Assembly (NCBI GenBank): GCA_965199855.1
Contig: OZ241326.1
Coordinates: 2,211,908-2,275,907, forward strand
Reading direction: 5' to 3'
DNA from: a bacterium
GTDB taxonomy: Bacteria; UBA8248
DNA length: 64,000 bases
Below the pieces are notes generated by a model, which ran no database searches, was not told where the DNA came from, and saw only the letters and a program-made list of their open reading frames with translations. Within the stretch, counting starts at the first letter, position 1. Every line of letters starts with the position of its first letter. The translations under genes and the position numbers were made by a program. Below are positions 45,472 through 55,027 of this stretch, in pieces.

Positions 45472-46325
45472 GAGGCGGCAGGGCGGTTTCCGAGACGCTC
45501 GTTCTCGTGAAGGGGGGCGGCGACCTCGCCACCGGCGCGGCGCACCGCCTGCGCCGCTCGGGCTTTCCCGTGATGATGACGGAAATCGAGCGTCCGACCA
45601 TGGTCCGCCGCGCCGTCTCCTTCGCCGAATGCCTCTACGCCGGCGAATGGCGGGTGGAGGGCGTGGCTTCCGCGAGGGCGGAGGGCGGCTCCCTGGAGGA
45701 GAAAATCGCCGGCGCGCGCGCGCTGATGGAGGCGGGCGCCGTTCCCGTGATGGTCGATCCGCGCGCCGAGGCGGTCGCCCGCGTCCGGCCCGCCGTCGTG
45801 ATCGACGCGATTCTCGCCAAGCGAAACCTCGGCACCCGCATCGAGGACGCCGAGGTGGTCATCGGCCTGGGGCCCGGCTTCACGGCGGGGGTCGATTGCC
45901 ACGCCGTCATCGAGACCGCCCGGGGGCACGACCTGGGGCGGGTGATACTCGAAGGGGCGGCGAAGCCGGACACGGGCGCGCCGGGCGCCATCGCGGGCTA
46001 CGCCGCCGAGCGGCTGCTGCGCGCCCCGCGCGCCGGCGCGTTCGCCTCCGCCGCCCGCATCGGGGACGCGGTGCGGGCGGGACAGGCCGTCGCCCGGGTG
46101 GACGGGGAGGAGGTGACGGCCCGCATCGACGGCGTCCTGCGCGGCCTGCTCAGGGACGGCATCGAGGTGAGCGCGGGCTTCAAGGTGGGCGACGTCGACC
46201 CCAGGGCCGAGCCTTCCCACTGCGTGACGATATCGGACAAGTCGCGCGCCGTCGGCGGCGGCGCGCTCGAGGCCGTCATGATGTTCCTGTTCGGCGTCTC
46301 CCCGGCCGCGGAGCGCGCGAATTGA
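45468..46325 (+). CDS. YqeB/EF2563-family protein (selenium-dependent molybdenum hydroxylase system accessory protein)
   Basis: (V)RGGRAVSETLVLVKGGGDLATGAAHRLRRSGFPVMMTEIERPT... This is a Rossmann-like N-terminus characteristic of the short YqeB family. The GTG start overlaps the ridA stop (an in-frame upstream ATG at 45420 is possible). The family call is from recall, not a search. Confidence 0.5.
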   Translation: MRGGRAVSETLVLVKGGGDLATGAAHRLRRSGFPVMMTEIERPTMVRRAVSFAECLYAGEWRVEGVASARAEGGSLEEKIAGARALMEAGAVPVMVDPRAEAVARVRPAVVIDAILAKRNLGTRIEDAEVVIGLGPGFTAGVDCHAVIETARGHDLGRVILEGAAKPDTGAPGAIAGYAAERLLRAPRAGAFASAARIGDAVRAGQAVARVDGEEVTARIDGVLRGLLRDGIEVSAGFKVGDVDPRAEPSHCVTISDKSRAVGGGALEAVMMFLFGVSPAAERAN

Positions 46326-47206
46326 GTCCCGACATTCTGGCGGAAACGGTGGAAAGCGGCGCCTACCGCATCGGGCGCAGCGAAATCCCGATCAACCAGG
46401 CGAACGGCAACGCCTTCGTCCCCCCCGCGCAGTTCTATCTGGCGGCGGGCGACGCGCTCGAGCGCATCGCGTGGGCGGTGAGCCAGAACCTCCCCGTCCT
46501 GCTCGTCGGAGAGACCGGCGTCGGCAAGACGCTCTCGGTGCGCTACCTCGCCCACATGACGAACAACGGCTTCAGGCGCGTGAACCTCAACGGCATGACC
46601 ACGGTCGATGAATTCGTGGGCAAGCTGATGATCAACGAGCAGGGCACCTACTGGGTGAACGGCATCCTGATCGACGCGATGCAGTCGGGAGACTGGCTGC
46701 TCATCGACGAGATCAACGCCTGCCTGCCCGAAATCGCCTTCTGCCTCCACAGCCTGCTCGACGACGACCGCATGATCGTCCTCTCGGAGTATGACGGCCG
46801 CGTCGTCAAGCCCCATCCGGACTTCAGGCTCTTCGCCAGCATGAACCCCCACGAGGACAGGAGATACGGCGGCACGAAGCCCCTGAACGAGGCGCTTCTG
46901 GATCGCTTCCCCGTCACCGTGAGGATGGACTACCTGCCCTTCGAGGCGGAGGTCGAGGTCATCATGCGGCAGAGCGGGAACGGCGACGAGGAGCTCGTCC
47001 GGCGCATGGTGCGCGTGGGCCACGACGCGCGCGAGGCCATGAGGAACGAAAAGGTGTTCTGCACCTTCAGCACCCGGCGCCTGATTGACTGGGCGCGCAT
47101 GGCGGCGCGGTTCGACCCCATGGAGGCCGCCGTCTCGACCATCTTCAGCAAGGTCAACTCGTTCGACGCCAAGGTGCTCGAGGACATCGTGGACAACCAC
47201 TTCTAG
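46322..47206 (+). CDS. MoxR-like AAA+ ATPase (AAA_5; CoxD/CbbQ/NorQ type)
   Basis: Frame with Walker A LLVGETGVGKT, Walker B DWLLIDEINA, and sensor motifs. The probable TTG start at 46322 overlaps the yqeB stop. The upstream part of track ORF 45629-47206 is a GC artefact. Confidence 0.75.
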   Translation: MSPDILAETVESGAYRIGRSEIPINQANGNAFVPPAQFYLAAGDALERIAWAVSQNLPVLLVGETGVGKTLSVRYLAHMTNNGFRRVNLNGMTTVDEFVGKLMINEQGTYWVNGILIDAMQSGDWLLIDEINACLPEIAFCLHSLLDDDRMIVLSEYDGRVVKPHPDFRLFASMNPHEDRRYGGTKPLNEALLDRFPVTVRMDYLPFEAEVEVIMRQSGNGDEELVRRMVRVGHDAREAMRNEKVFCTFSTRRLIDWARMAARFDPMEAAVSTIFSKVNSFDAKVLEDIVDNHF

Positions 47207-47221
47207 CCGGGAGACGCAGGC

Positions 47222-48991
47222 ATGGAGCGCCGACGCGCCCGCCTCGAGACCCTCGCGCAGGTGACGGCGCGCGACTACGGCCTCGCCCTGCTGTTCGGCT
47301 CCCGGACGGAGACCGGGGACGACGCCGTCCTCGTCGAGGACCCGGAGCGGACCCTGGCGCGCCTGGGCGGCGGCCTCGACGACGAGCGCGTCCTGCGATA
47401 CCAGAAGGGCATGACGCTCATCGAGGTGGCCCGCAGGCTCCAGGGGACGCTTCGCTGGGCGGGCCGCGCGGCCCTCGCCAACCGGGAGACGCCGGGCCTT
47501 TTCCACCTCTGGCGCGCCCTCGAGGACGCCAGATGCGAGAACCGCCTCGCCGAGTCGCTGCCCGGCACGAGAAAGAATTTCCGCGCCTTCGTCCGTCCCG
47601 CGATCGAGGACGCCGAGCGAAGCCACGCGCGGGGGGAGCTCCCCCTGCTTCTCCAGATTCAATGGGGCATCTACCTCGCCGGCGTCGGCCAGACGCCCGG
47701 CGCCGCCTCCTCAAGGCCCGGGGATTTGCCCTCGGCCTGGTTCGATTCCGTCATCGCCCAGATTCTTCAGAGGCTCGTCCCGATCATCGACCGCGCCTGC
47801 GCGGCCAAAGAGCCGAAGACCGCCTTCGACTGCGCGAACGAAATCTACGACGCCGTGCGGCGCTTCCTCACCGAGGAGCAGCTCGCGCAGATGCGCGAGA
47901 GCGAGGAGCTCTCGGAGCTTCCGGATGAAATTCTGGAGAAAATCGAGAACCAGAAACTCCAGGGGGAGGAGTCCGAGTCGCCGGAGGCGCTCCACCCGGA
48001 GGCGCTCGACGAGGTGGACGCGGACGAGGGCGAGCAGGTCGAGCTCACGCCCGAGGAGCTCGCCGCCCTGGGCCGCTGGGCGTCTCCCTGGTTCGAGATG
48101 GAGGGCGGCGGGAAGGAAGTCCACCCGACGGCGGAGCATCCCGACGAGCGCACCATCGTCCTGCCCCCGGAGGGCAAGGCGGAGGAATACGCGGCGATCA
48201 TGGACGGCGCGGGCAGCCACATCAAGGTGCTGGCGTGGAAGCTCACGCAGATCATTCAGGAGAGAGCCTACGCCCGCTTCAGCGGCTCGCACCGCTCCGG
48301 CAAGCTGAACGTCCCGAAGCTCTGGAAGCAGCGCCTGGGCAAATTTCATCTTTTTCACCGCAAGGAGGAGCCCGAGAAGCTCGACGTCTGCTTCACCCTC
48401 CTCGTGGACGAGAGCGGCAGCATGAACCGCGAATCGAAATACGTAGCCGCCAGGGAGGCGACCGTGTTCTTCGCGGAAGTCCTCGACCGGCTGGACGTGC
48501 CCTTCGAGGTGATCGGCTACTCCACCGAGAGCTCGGAGGCGGCCATGGCGGCCGCGCTCGGCCACATCCCCGCCTTCAAGTTCAGGCACATCCGGCACTC
48601 CCCCCTTCAGCACCGCATCTACAAGGGCTTCGAGGACGCCTTCCCCCAGGTCAAGAACCGTCTCGTCAACATTTATCCGCGCTTCAACAACTGGGACGAG
48701 GAGCATCTGCTGTTCGCCTACCGAAGGCTCAGCCAGCGGCCCGAGGAGGAGAAGATCATCATCATCACCTCGGACGGCCAGCCCAACGGCGACGCGGCCC
48801 ACCTCGTGAGCGCGGTCGGCCGCCTCCAGGCGCTCGGCGTGCGGATCATCGGCGTCGGCGTGGTGGACCCCTTCGTCGAGCAGATCTACCCGAACCACAT
48901 CGTGGTGCAGGACCTCTCCCAGCTCTCCACGGAGCTGGTGAACATTCTGCGGCGCGAGCTGCTCGGGGGGGCGGAGGGCCGCCCTTGGTAG
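47222..48991 (+). CDS. VWA-domain protein (CoxE/CbbO/NorD-like partner of MoxR ATPase)
   Basis: 589 aa; the C-terminal vWA has a MIDAS motif (LLVDESGSM... TSDGQPNG). Confidence 0.7.
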   Translation: MERRRARLETLAQVTARDYGLALLFGSRTETGDDAVLVEDPERTLARLGGGLDDERVLRYQKGMTLIEVARRLQGTLRWAGRAALANRETPGLFHLWRALEDARCENRLAESLPGTRKNFRAFVRPAIEDAERSHARGELPLLLQIQWGIYLAGVGQTPGAASSRPGDLPSAWFDSVIAQILQRLVPIIDRACAAKEPKTAFDCANEIYDAVRRFLTEEQLAQMRESEELSELPDEILEKIENQKLQGEESESPEALHPEALDEVDADEGEQVELTPEELAALGRWASPWFEMEGGGKEVHPTAEHPDERTIVLPPEGKAEEYAAIMDGAGSHIKVLAWKLTQIIQERAYARFSGSHRSGKLNVPKLWKQRLGKFHLFHRKEEPEKLDVCFTLLVDESGSMNRESKYVAAREATVFFAEVLDRLDVPFEVIGYSTESSEAAMAAALGHIPAFKFRHIRHSPLQHRIYKGFEDAFPQVKNRLVNIYPRFNNWDEEHLLFAYRRLSQRPEEEKIIIITSDGQPNGDAAHLVSAVGRLQALGVRIIGVGVVDPFVEQIYPNHIVVQDLSQLSTELVNILRRELLGGAEGRPW

Positions 48992-49011
48992 CGGAAGGCG
49001 GCCTCGCGCGG

Positions 49012-49812
49012 ATGATCGGCGCCCGAGCGGGGCGGATCGTCGCGGCGGTCGGGGCGGGGGGGAAAACGAGCCTGCTCACGGCGCTCGCCCGGGAGTTTCA
49101 CGCCCGAAGCGGCGCGCCCGCCCTCCTCACGACGACCACCAGAATTTTCGCGCCCCTGCCGGAGGAGGGGATTCCCCTCGCCCTGGGCGACGCCGCCGCC
49201 CTCTCGAGGAGGCTGCGCCCCTACATGAGAGCCTGCGGCGTCTCCTGGCTCGCCCGCGGACGCGAGGGCCGCGCGCCGGTTCCGGGCCGGGAGGGCGAGC
49301 GCCGCATGAAGCTGCGCGGCTTCGCGCCCTCCGAAATCGAGGGATTGCGTCTCGCGGAGGGCCTCACCCTCATCGAGGCGGACGGGGCGAGGCGCCTGCC
49401 CGTCAAGGCGCCCGGCGCGCGGGAGCCCGTCCTGCCCGAAGGCGTGGACGCCGTGCTGGGCGTCGTGGGGCTGGACGCCCTGGGCGCGCCCCTGGACGAG
49501 GCCCATGCGTTCCGCCCGGAGCTGCTCTCGCGGATATGCCGCCTGGACGCCGGCGCGGAGATCACGGCGGAGGCGATCGGGGCGCTGTGCGCGCACCCCG
49601 AGGGGCTGTTTCGCAAGGCGGACGGCGGCGCGCGCAGGTGGATCGTCCTCAACAAGGCCGATTTGGAAGCCTCGCTGGAAAAACGAAGAAAGATCGCCTA
49701 TACTATCCGGGAAATGGCGGGAAAGCCCCATGGGCCGGCGGACGGGGTTCTCCTGACCTCCTGCCTGAAGAACAGGCCGGAAGTTTTGCTGCGAATCGGG
49801 CCGGACGCCTGA
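49012..49812 (+). CDS. YqeC-family protein (probable selenium-dependent hydroxylase accessory protein, P-loop-like)
   Basis: MIGARAGRIVAAVGAGGKTSLLTALAREF...; P-loop-like GAGGKTS at the N-terminus; about 266 aa. The ATG at 49012 is internal to the track ORF 48235-49812. Confidence 0.5.
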   Translation: MIGARAGRIVAAVGAGGKTSLLTALAREFHARSGAPALLTTTTRIFAPLPEEGIPLALGDAAALSRRLRPYMRACGVSWLARGREGRAPVPGREGERRMKLRGFAPSEIEGLRLAEGLTLIEADGARRLPVKAPGAREPVLPEGVDAVLGVVGLDALGAPLDEAHAFRPELLSRICRLDAGAEITAEAIGALCAHPEGLFRKADGGARRWIVLNKADLEASLEKRRKIAYTIREMAGKPHGPADGVLLTSCLKNRPEVLLRIGPDA

Positions 49813-49842
49813 GAGGAGGCGGCCCGCCTGCGCGGAGGAGAG

Positions 49843-50988
49843 ATGAGCGAGGACGTTTTCAGGGAAATGGCGAGGATGAAGGAGAAGGGGCAGGCGGGCG
49901 CGCTCGCCACCGTCGTGGCCCGCAAGGGCTCCGCGCCCATGAGCGGCGACGCGAAGATGCTCGTGCGCGAGGACGGCAGCGCCGAGGGCACCGTCGGGGG
50001 CGGCTGCCTGGAGGCCGAGGTCTGGGAGACCGCGATGAGCGTCCTCGAAACGGGCGCGCCCGAGAAGCTCTCCTTCGACCTCACCCAGAAGGAGGCGGAG
50101 GACAGCGGCCACATCTGCGGCGGCGTGGTGGAGATACTGGTGGAGCCGCTCCGGGCGTTTCCCCGGGAGCTGCTCGATGAGATCAACCGCGTGAAAAACC
50201 GGGGCGGAAGTGCCGCGCTGGCGACCATCGTCCAGCCGGGGGCGCTCGACATCCCGAAGCCCGAGGCCGGGAAAATGCTCTTCAGGCGCGACGGCAGCTC
50301 CGTGGGGGAAATTCCGCGCTATTCGGCGGAAGTCTGGGCGGAGAGCGCGCAGGTGATTCGCCAGGGCAGCCCCACCCTCCTGCACTTCAGCCAGGGCGCC
50401 GCGCGCGGCGGAGGAAAGAAGCCCGCGCCCGGCGAGGCGACCGAAATTTTCGTGGAGCCCATCTCCGGCCAGCCGCTCGTCTATATCTTCGGCGGCGGGC
50501 ACGTATCCTTCTGCGTCGCGCAGGCGGCCTGGCTCGCCGGCTTCCGGGTCGCCATCGTGGAGGACAGACCCTCCTTCGCCAACAAGGAGCGCTTCCCGAT
50601 GGCCGAGGCGTTCCACGTGGGCGATTTCCCGGAAGTTTTCAGGGAAATTCCGGTGGACGAGGCGGACTACCTGGCCATCATCACCCGGGGCCACGCGAAC
50701 GACGAGGTCGTCCTCGAATGGGCGATGAAGACGAAGGCGCGCTACATCGGGATGATCGGCTCGAAGAGCAAGGTGCTGCTCACCTACCGCCATCTTCAGG
50801 AGAAGGGCTTCGCGCGGAGCGAGCTCATCGAGCGCGTCCACGCGCCCATCGGCCTGGACATCGGCGCCGACACGCCGGGCGAGATCGGAATCGCCATCGC
50901 CGCCGAGTTCGTCCGCCATCGCCGCCGGGGCGAGGCGGAAAGCGAGGGCGCGGGCAGCAAGCGGGTGCGCCTGGGAAGAAAGGCGTAA
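49843..50988 (+). CDS. xdhC: XdhC/CoxI-family molybdenum hydroxylase accessory (sulfuration/cofactor insertion) protein
   Basis: 381 aa with duplicated XdhC_CoxI N-domains and a C-terminal Rossmann domain (VYIFGGGHVSFCVAQAAWLAGFRVAIVEDR). Confidence 0.75.
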   Translation: MSEDVFREMARMKEKGQAGALATVVARKGSAPMSGDAKMLVREDGSAEGTVGGGCLEAEVWETAMSVLETGAPEKLSFDLTQKEAEDSGHICGGVVEILVEPLRAFPRELLDEINRVKNRGGSAALATIVQPGALDIPKPEAGKMLFRRDGSSVGEIPRYSAEVWAESAQVIRQGSPTLLHFSQGAARGGGKKPAPGEATEIFVEPISGQPLVYIFGGGHVSFCVAQAAWLAGFRVAIVEDRPSFANKERFPMAEAFHVGDFPEVFREIPVDEADYLAIITRGHANDEVVLEWAMKTKARYIGMIGSKSKVLLTYRHLQEKGFARSELIERVHAPIGLDIGADTPGEIGIAIAAEFVRHRRRGEAESEGAGSKRVRLGRKA

Positions 50989-51032
50989 AAGCCTCTCGCC
51001 TCCGGCCCCCGAGCGGGATTCGCCCGAACGCC

Positions 51033-51845
51033 ATGAGCCACCTGCGCGCGCTCGCCGCGGCGGCGACGGACTTCCTCATCCCCCCGAAATGCCTTTTGTG
51101 CGCGAGCGCCCTGGAAATCGGCGGCGCGCGGACGATATGCGCGCCCTGCGACGAGGCGCTCGATCGCTTCGAGCCGCCCTGGTGCCCCAGGTGCGGCGCG
51201 CCCTTCCCCTCCCACGCCGCCCTGTCGCACTCCCCCGCCCACCACTGCGCGGAGTGCGCGGAAAACGTCTTTCACTTCGACGGGGCGCGCGCCGTCGGCG
51301 CCTTCAAGGGCTCTCTCCGGGAGCTGGTCCACCTGTTCAAATACGGAGGCGTCACCAAGCTGGCGCACGAGTTCGCCCCCCGGCTCGCCGCGCTCGCCGC
51401 GGACGAGCTGGGCGTCGGGCGGGACGATCCGGACGTGATCGTAACCCACGTGCCGATAGCGTCCGCGCGCTGGCGGGAGCGGGGCTTCGATCAAACGCGC
51501 CTGCTCGCGCTCCGGACGGCGAAGAGCCTCGGAGCGCCGCACGCGGACTGTCTGGAGCGCGCGAAGGAGACCCGTCCGCAAACCGGGCTCTCCGCGAGCG
51601 AGCGGCGCCGCAACGTACGGGGCGCCTTCCGGGCGCGCCCGAAGGCGGCGCGGATGCTCGAAGGGAAGACGTGCATCCTCCTCGACGACGTCATCACCAC
51701 CGGCTTCACCGCCTCGGCCTGCGCCCGCGAGCTCAAGCGGGCGGGCGCCGCCGCCGTGCACGCGCTCACCATCTGCCGCTCGCGAGGGCCCGCGCCCCCG
51801 CCGCGCGCGGAGGGGGTCAACGAGAGGGCTACGCATAACCTGTAA
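51033..51845 (+). CDS. ComF-family protein (double zinc ribbon + phosphoribosyltransferase domain)
   Basis: N-terminal CxxC pairs (PPKCLLCASA...CAPC; CPRCGAPF...CAEC) and a C-terminal PRTase motif CILLDDVITTGFTASA. Confidence 0.7.
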   Translation: MSHLRALAAAATDFLIPPKCLLCASALEIGGARTICAPCDEALDRFEPPWCPRCGAPFPSHAALSHSPAHHCAECAENVFHFDGARAVGAFKGSLRELVHLFKYGGVTKLAHEFAPRLAALAADELGVGRDDPDVIVTHVPIASARWRERGFDQTRLLALRTAKSLGAPHADCLERAKETRPQTGLSASERRRNVRGAFRARPKAARMLEGKTCILLDDVITTGFTASACARELKRAGAAAVHALTICRSRGPAPPPRAEGVNERATHNL

Positions 51846-51873
51846 TTTTTCCCGCCCGTCAGGAGGAGCAAAA

Positions 51874-52683
51874 ATGCAGGATCGATACACGGGCGACGTA
51901 GGGGATTTCGGCAAATACGGACTGCTCCGCGCCATCACCCGGCCCGGGATTACGAAAAAAGACGGCCAGGAGACATTGAGCCTCGGCGTCGTGTGGTATC
52001 GCCATCCCGACGAGAAAGACACGAACGACGGCGAGCATATCGACTATCTCGGCCCTTCCGGGCGCGAGAATTTTCGGAAGTGCGATCCTGAACTATATGA
52101 TTGCCTGAGCAAGATCGTCAGATATGACTCCAAAACCAGGAAGGCAAAGGGTCGCAGGGCGATATCGAAGATCGAGAATAGCGAGATACTCGGTTCGCAA
52201 ACTCGTTTTTTCGGCAGGCGATGTCCTTATGACGCGGATGCTCGTAAAAAATGGCGCCGAGAAGCGTTGAACGAAATGAAGGGATGCGATTTGGTATTCC
52301 TCGACCCGGACAACGGGCTCAGGTGCAACCAGAACCTTGACAGCGGAAAACACGCCTACCTTGAGGAAGTCTTGAGCTTTGTTCTTCAAGGCAGCGCAGT
52401 AATTTTCTATCATCATCCTGACAGGTGAAAAACGCATAATGAACAAATCAGAAAACTCGCTCAATATATTGCTCGCAAGTTGGATAAAAATCACCGCGTA
52501 TCCGCTTTCCGTTACCGCAGAGGGAACTCCCGGGCGTTTTTCATCATTTGGCCGCGGGATCGGCAGAAAGTATTCAAGCCCCGCATGAAGGCGATTCGTG
52601 ATGGCCTGTGGGGCCGGGAATGTCGCTTTGAACTCACGGCGCGTTCCATCTCCGGCAAAAGCAGGGGCAACCCGAGTTAGATA
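51874..52683 (+). pseudogene. RlmJ-fold (23S rRNA m6A2030 methyltransferase-like / DUF519-like) protein interrupted by in-frame TGA at 52426-52428; lower-GC islet
   Basis: N-terminal TGDVGDFGKYGLLRAI resembles RlmJ HAGNHADVLKHTVLLSL. LVFLDPDNGL sits where the DPPY motif would be. The same frame continues after the TGA for 84 more codons. No Cys/UxxC context suggests Sec. GC is clearly lower than in the flanks. Confidence 0.4.
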
Positions 52684-52704
52684 AAGGGTTCCGCGCGTTT
52701 CCCC

Positions 52705-53784
52705 TCACCTCCTCCCGCTCCCGGCCATGCGGGCGGCGAGGAGGAGGGCGTCCACCATGCTGGCGTGATCCGCCGCGCCCTCCCCCGCGATGGGAAACCC
52801 CGTCCCGTGCTCCACCGAGGTTCTGACGATGGGCAGGCCCAGCGTCACGTTGACGCCGCGCACGGCGGCGCGCCCGCTCGCGTCGAAGCGAAAGCACATG
52901 AGCTTGCCGGGAATGTGTCCCTGGTCGTGATACATGGCCACGACGCCGTCGTAGCGTCCGCCCCGCAGCTCCGCGAAAATCGTGTCCGGCGGCGCGGGGC
53001 CATGCGCGTCAACCCCCGCCTCCCGCAAATCCGAGACGGCGGGGGCTATCTCCCGCGCCTCCTCCTCCCCGAACAGGCCGGATTCCCCCGCGTGGGGGTT
53101 GAGGCCCGCGACGCCGACGCGGGGCGCCCTGCGATCCAGCCGGCGCAGGGCGTCGGCCAGAACCCGCCCCACGTGGACGATTCGCTTCCTCTTCACGCGC
53201 CTGATCGCCTCCCGGAGCGGGCAGTGGGTGGAGAGGTGGGCGATGCGCATCCTCCCGCGCGCCAGCATCATGACGGGGCGCCCGCCGCCGCACAGGTCGG
53301 CGAGCATCTCGGTATGCCCCGGATAGTCGTAGCCGCCGGCGCGCAGGGCCTCCTTGCTTATCGGCGCGGTCGCCACGGCGTCCGCCAGACCCGCGCGCGC
53401 CATCGAGACGGCCGCCTCGACGCATTCTCCCGCCGCCCTGCCCAGTTCGGGCAGGACTTTTCCGAAAACCCGGCTCCCGGCGGGGACGTTCCCCAGGTCC
53501 ACCACCGGCGTCCGCGCGGACGCCGGACGCGGGGCGCGCGCCTCCTCGCGCGCGATGGATTCCAGCCGCGCGGGAATCCCCATCCTGCGGGCGTGCCTGC
53601 GAAGCGCCGCCACGTCGCCGACGATGAGGGGCGCGCATCTCTTCCGAACGCGGGGTTCGAGGACGGCTTTCAGGCACACCTCCGGCCCCACGCCCGCCGG
53701 ATCGCCCATGGTCATCGCTATGACGGGTCGTCCCTTCACGGCGGCCCCTTCCCTCCCTTCGCCCCCTCGGCTCCGGGAGCGCAT
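52705..53784 (-). CDS. pdxA: PdxA-family NAD-dependent dehydrogenase (4-hydroxythreonine-4-phosphate dehydrogenase-like)
   Basis: RPVIAMTMGDPAGVGPEV...GYDYPGHTE...LNPHAGE...MYHDQG; the start is probably the ATG at about 53784. Confidence 0.75.
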   Translation of the reverse strand: MRSRSRGGEGREGAAVKGRPVIAMTMGDPAGVGPEVCLKAVLEPRVRKRCAPLIVGDVAALRRHARRMGIPARLESIAREEARAPRPASARTPVVDLGNVPAGSRVFGKVLPELGRAAGECVEAAVSMARAGLADAVATAPISKEALRAGGYDYPGHTEMLADLCGGGRPVMMLARGRMRIAHLSTHCPLREAIRRVKRKRIVHVGRVLADALRRLDRRAPRVGVAGLNPHAGESGLFGEEEAREIAPAVSDLREAGVDAHGPAPPDTIFAELRGGRYDGVVAMYHDQGHIPGKLMCFRFDASGRAAVRGVNVTLGLPIVRTSVEHGTGFPIAGEGAADHASMVDALLLAARMAGSGRR

Positions 53785-53876
53785 CGGGGGAAACCCTTGA
53801 CTTCGGCGGCGCGTCCTCCCCAAGATGCGCCTCGCACTATGAAGGCATCCGAAGCCCCCATCAAGAGGAAAACCCC

Positions 53877-54386
53877 TTGGGAGAGAAGGGCGCGAGCGCG
53901 CGGAGGACGACGCGCAAACTCCATGAGCTCGGCTTCACGCACGTCCTGATGATTCCGGACAGCGAGAGCCGGCTCCTTTACGAGGCGCTGGAGCGCGACG
54001 AGAGGATCGACCTCATCACCCCCTGCCGGGAGGGCGAGTCCGTCGCCATCGCCGCGGGGCTCTGGACGGGCGGCCAAAAGCCCCTGCTCGTGATTCAGAA
54101 CACCGGGCTGATGGAGGCGGGAGACGCCCTGCGGGGCTGCGGGACGGGCCCCGGGGCGCCTTTGCGGATGATGGTCGGCTGGCGGGGATACGGCGGGGCG
54201 ACCGCCGGAAAGCTGCCGATTGATTCGGCCTACGCCTTCACGGAGCCCCTGCTTGAGGCTTGGAGAATCCCGACCTGGCGGCTCATGTCCGACGACGACC
54301 TGGGGGCGCTCGACCTGATGGACGAGGCGGCGGCGTCCGCCTCCTACCCGGCGGCCGTCCTCACCGGCTACGGGTTCAGACCATGA
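53877..54386 (+). CDS. comD: Sulfopyruvate/phosphonopyruvate decarboxylase alpha subunit (ComD-like, TPP enzyme N-terminal domain)
   Basis: 169 aa, split TPP-dependent decarboxylase N-domain (LITPCREGESVAIAAGLW). Confidence 0.6.
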   Translation: MGEKGASARRTTRKLHELGFTHVLMIPDSESRLLYEALERDERIDLITPCREGESVAIAAGLWTGGQKPLLVIQNTGLMEAGDALRGCGTGPGAPLRMMVGWRGYGGATAGKLPIDSAYAFTEPLLEAWRIPTWRLMSDDDLGALDLMDEAAASASYPAAVLTGYGFRP

Positions 54387-54399
54387 GGGGCGAATCCTC

Positions 54400-54984
54400 T
54401 TGATAGAGCGCATGGAGCTGTTCCGGGCGCTGGCCGCGCGCAGGACGGACGAAATCGTGGTGATGACCATGACCGCCACCCTCCAGTGGCCGCTGGTCTC
54501 GAAGAGCGACCTCGATTTCGACTTTCTGGCGTTCGGCATGGGCCACGCCGCCGACTTCGGCCTGGGTCTCGCCCTCGCGCGTCCCGAGCGGAAGACCATC
54601 GTCTGGAAAGGGGACGGGGGACTCCTGATGAGCCTGGGTTCGCTGGTGACGCTGGCGCGCTACGCGCCGGGAAACCTCGTCGTCTTCCTGCTCGAGAACA
54701 GGAGCTACGAGATGGTGGGCGGGCAGGCGCTTCCGCCCCGCGCCGATTTCGTGGAGCTGGCGCGCGCCTCGGGCTTCGAGGGCGGCGGCGCGACGGGCGC
54801 GGGCAAGGTCGCGCGCGTTGACTCTCTCGAAGGGTTTCAGGACGCCCTGCCGCGGATGCTCGCCGAGCAAGGCCCCCATTTCATCGTTCTTCCGGTCAAG
54901 AACAGCGAGGAGCTCCCGCCCGTGAACCATTCCGACCACGCCGGGAGAATCAGGACGCTGAGAGGGGCGCTGGGCGTCCAGTGA
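54400..54984 (+). CDS. comE: Sulfopyruvate/phosphonopyruvate decarboxylase beta subunit (ComE-like, TPP-binding domain)
   Basis: 194 aa with TPP motif WKGDGGLLMSLGSLVT...LLEN; TTG start. Confidence 0.6.
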   Translation: MIERMELFRALAARRTDEIVVMTMTATLQWPLVSKSDLDFDFLAFGMGHAADFGLGLALARPERKTIVWKGDGGLLMSLGSLVTLARYAPGNLVVFLLENRSYEMVGGQALPPRADFVELARASGFEGGGATGAGKVARVDSLEGFQDALPRMLAEQGPHFIVLPVKNSEELPPVNHSDHAGRIRTLRGALGVQ

Positions 54985-55027
54985 TCGGCGCGGGCGGAGA
55001 AAGCGCCCGGACCCGCGAGCCTGCGCC

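Noticed and set aside
47418-48308. Several 90-140 aa Arg/Ser-rich ORFs inside the VWA gene
   Set aside because: They are alternate-frame artefacts within a well-supported CDS.
52426-52428. Second selenocysteine codon in the RlmJ-like ORF
   Set aside because: There is no Cys/UxxC redox context and no convincing stem-loop at SECIS spacing. Pseudogene or authentic stop is more parsimonious.
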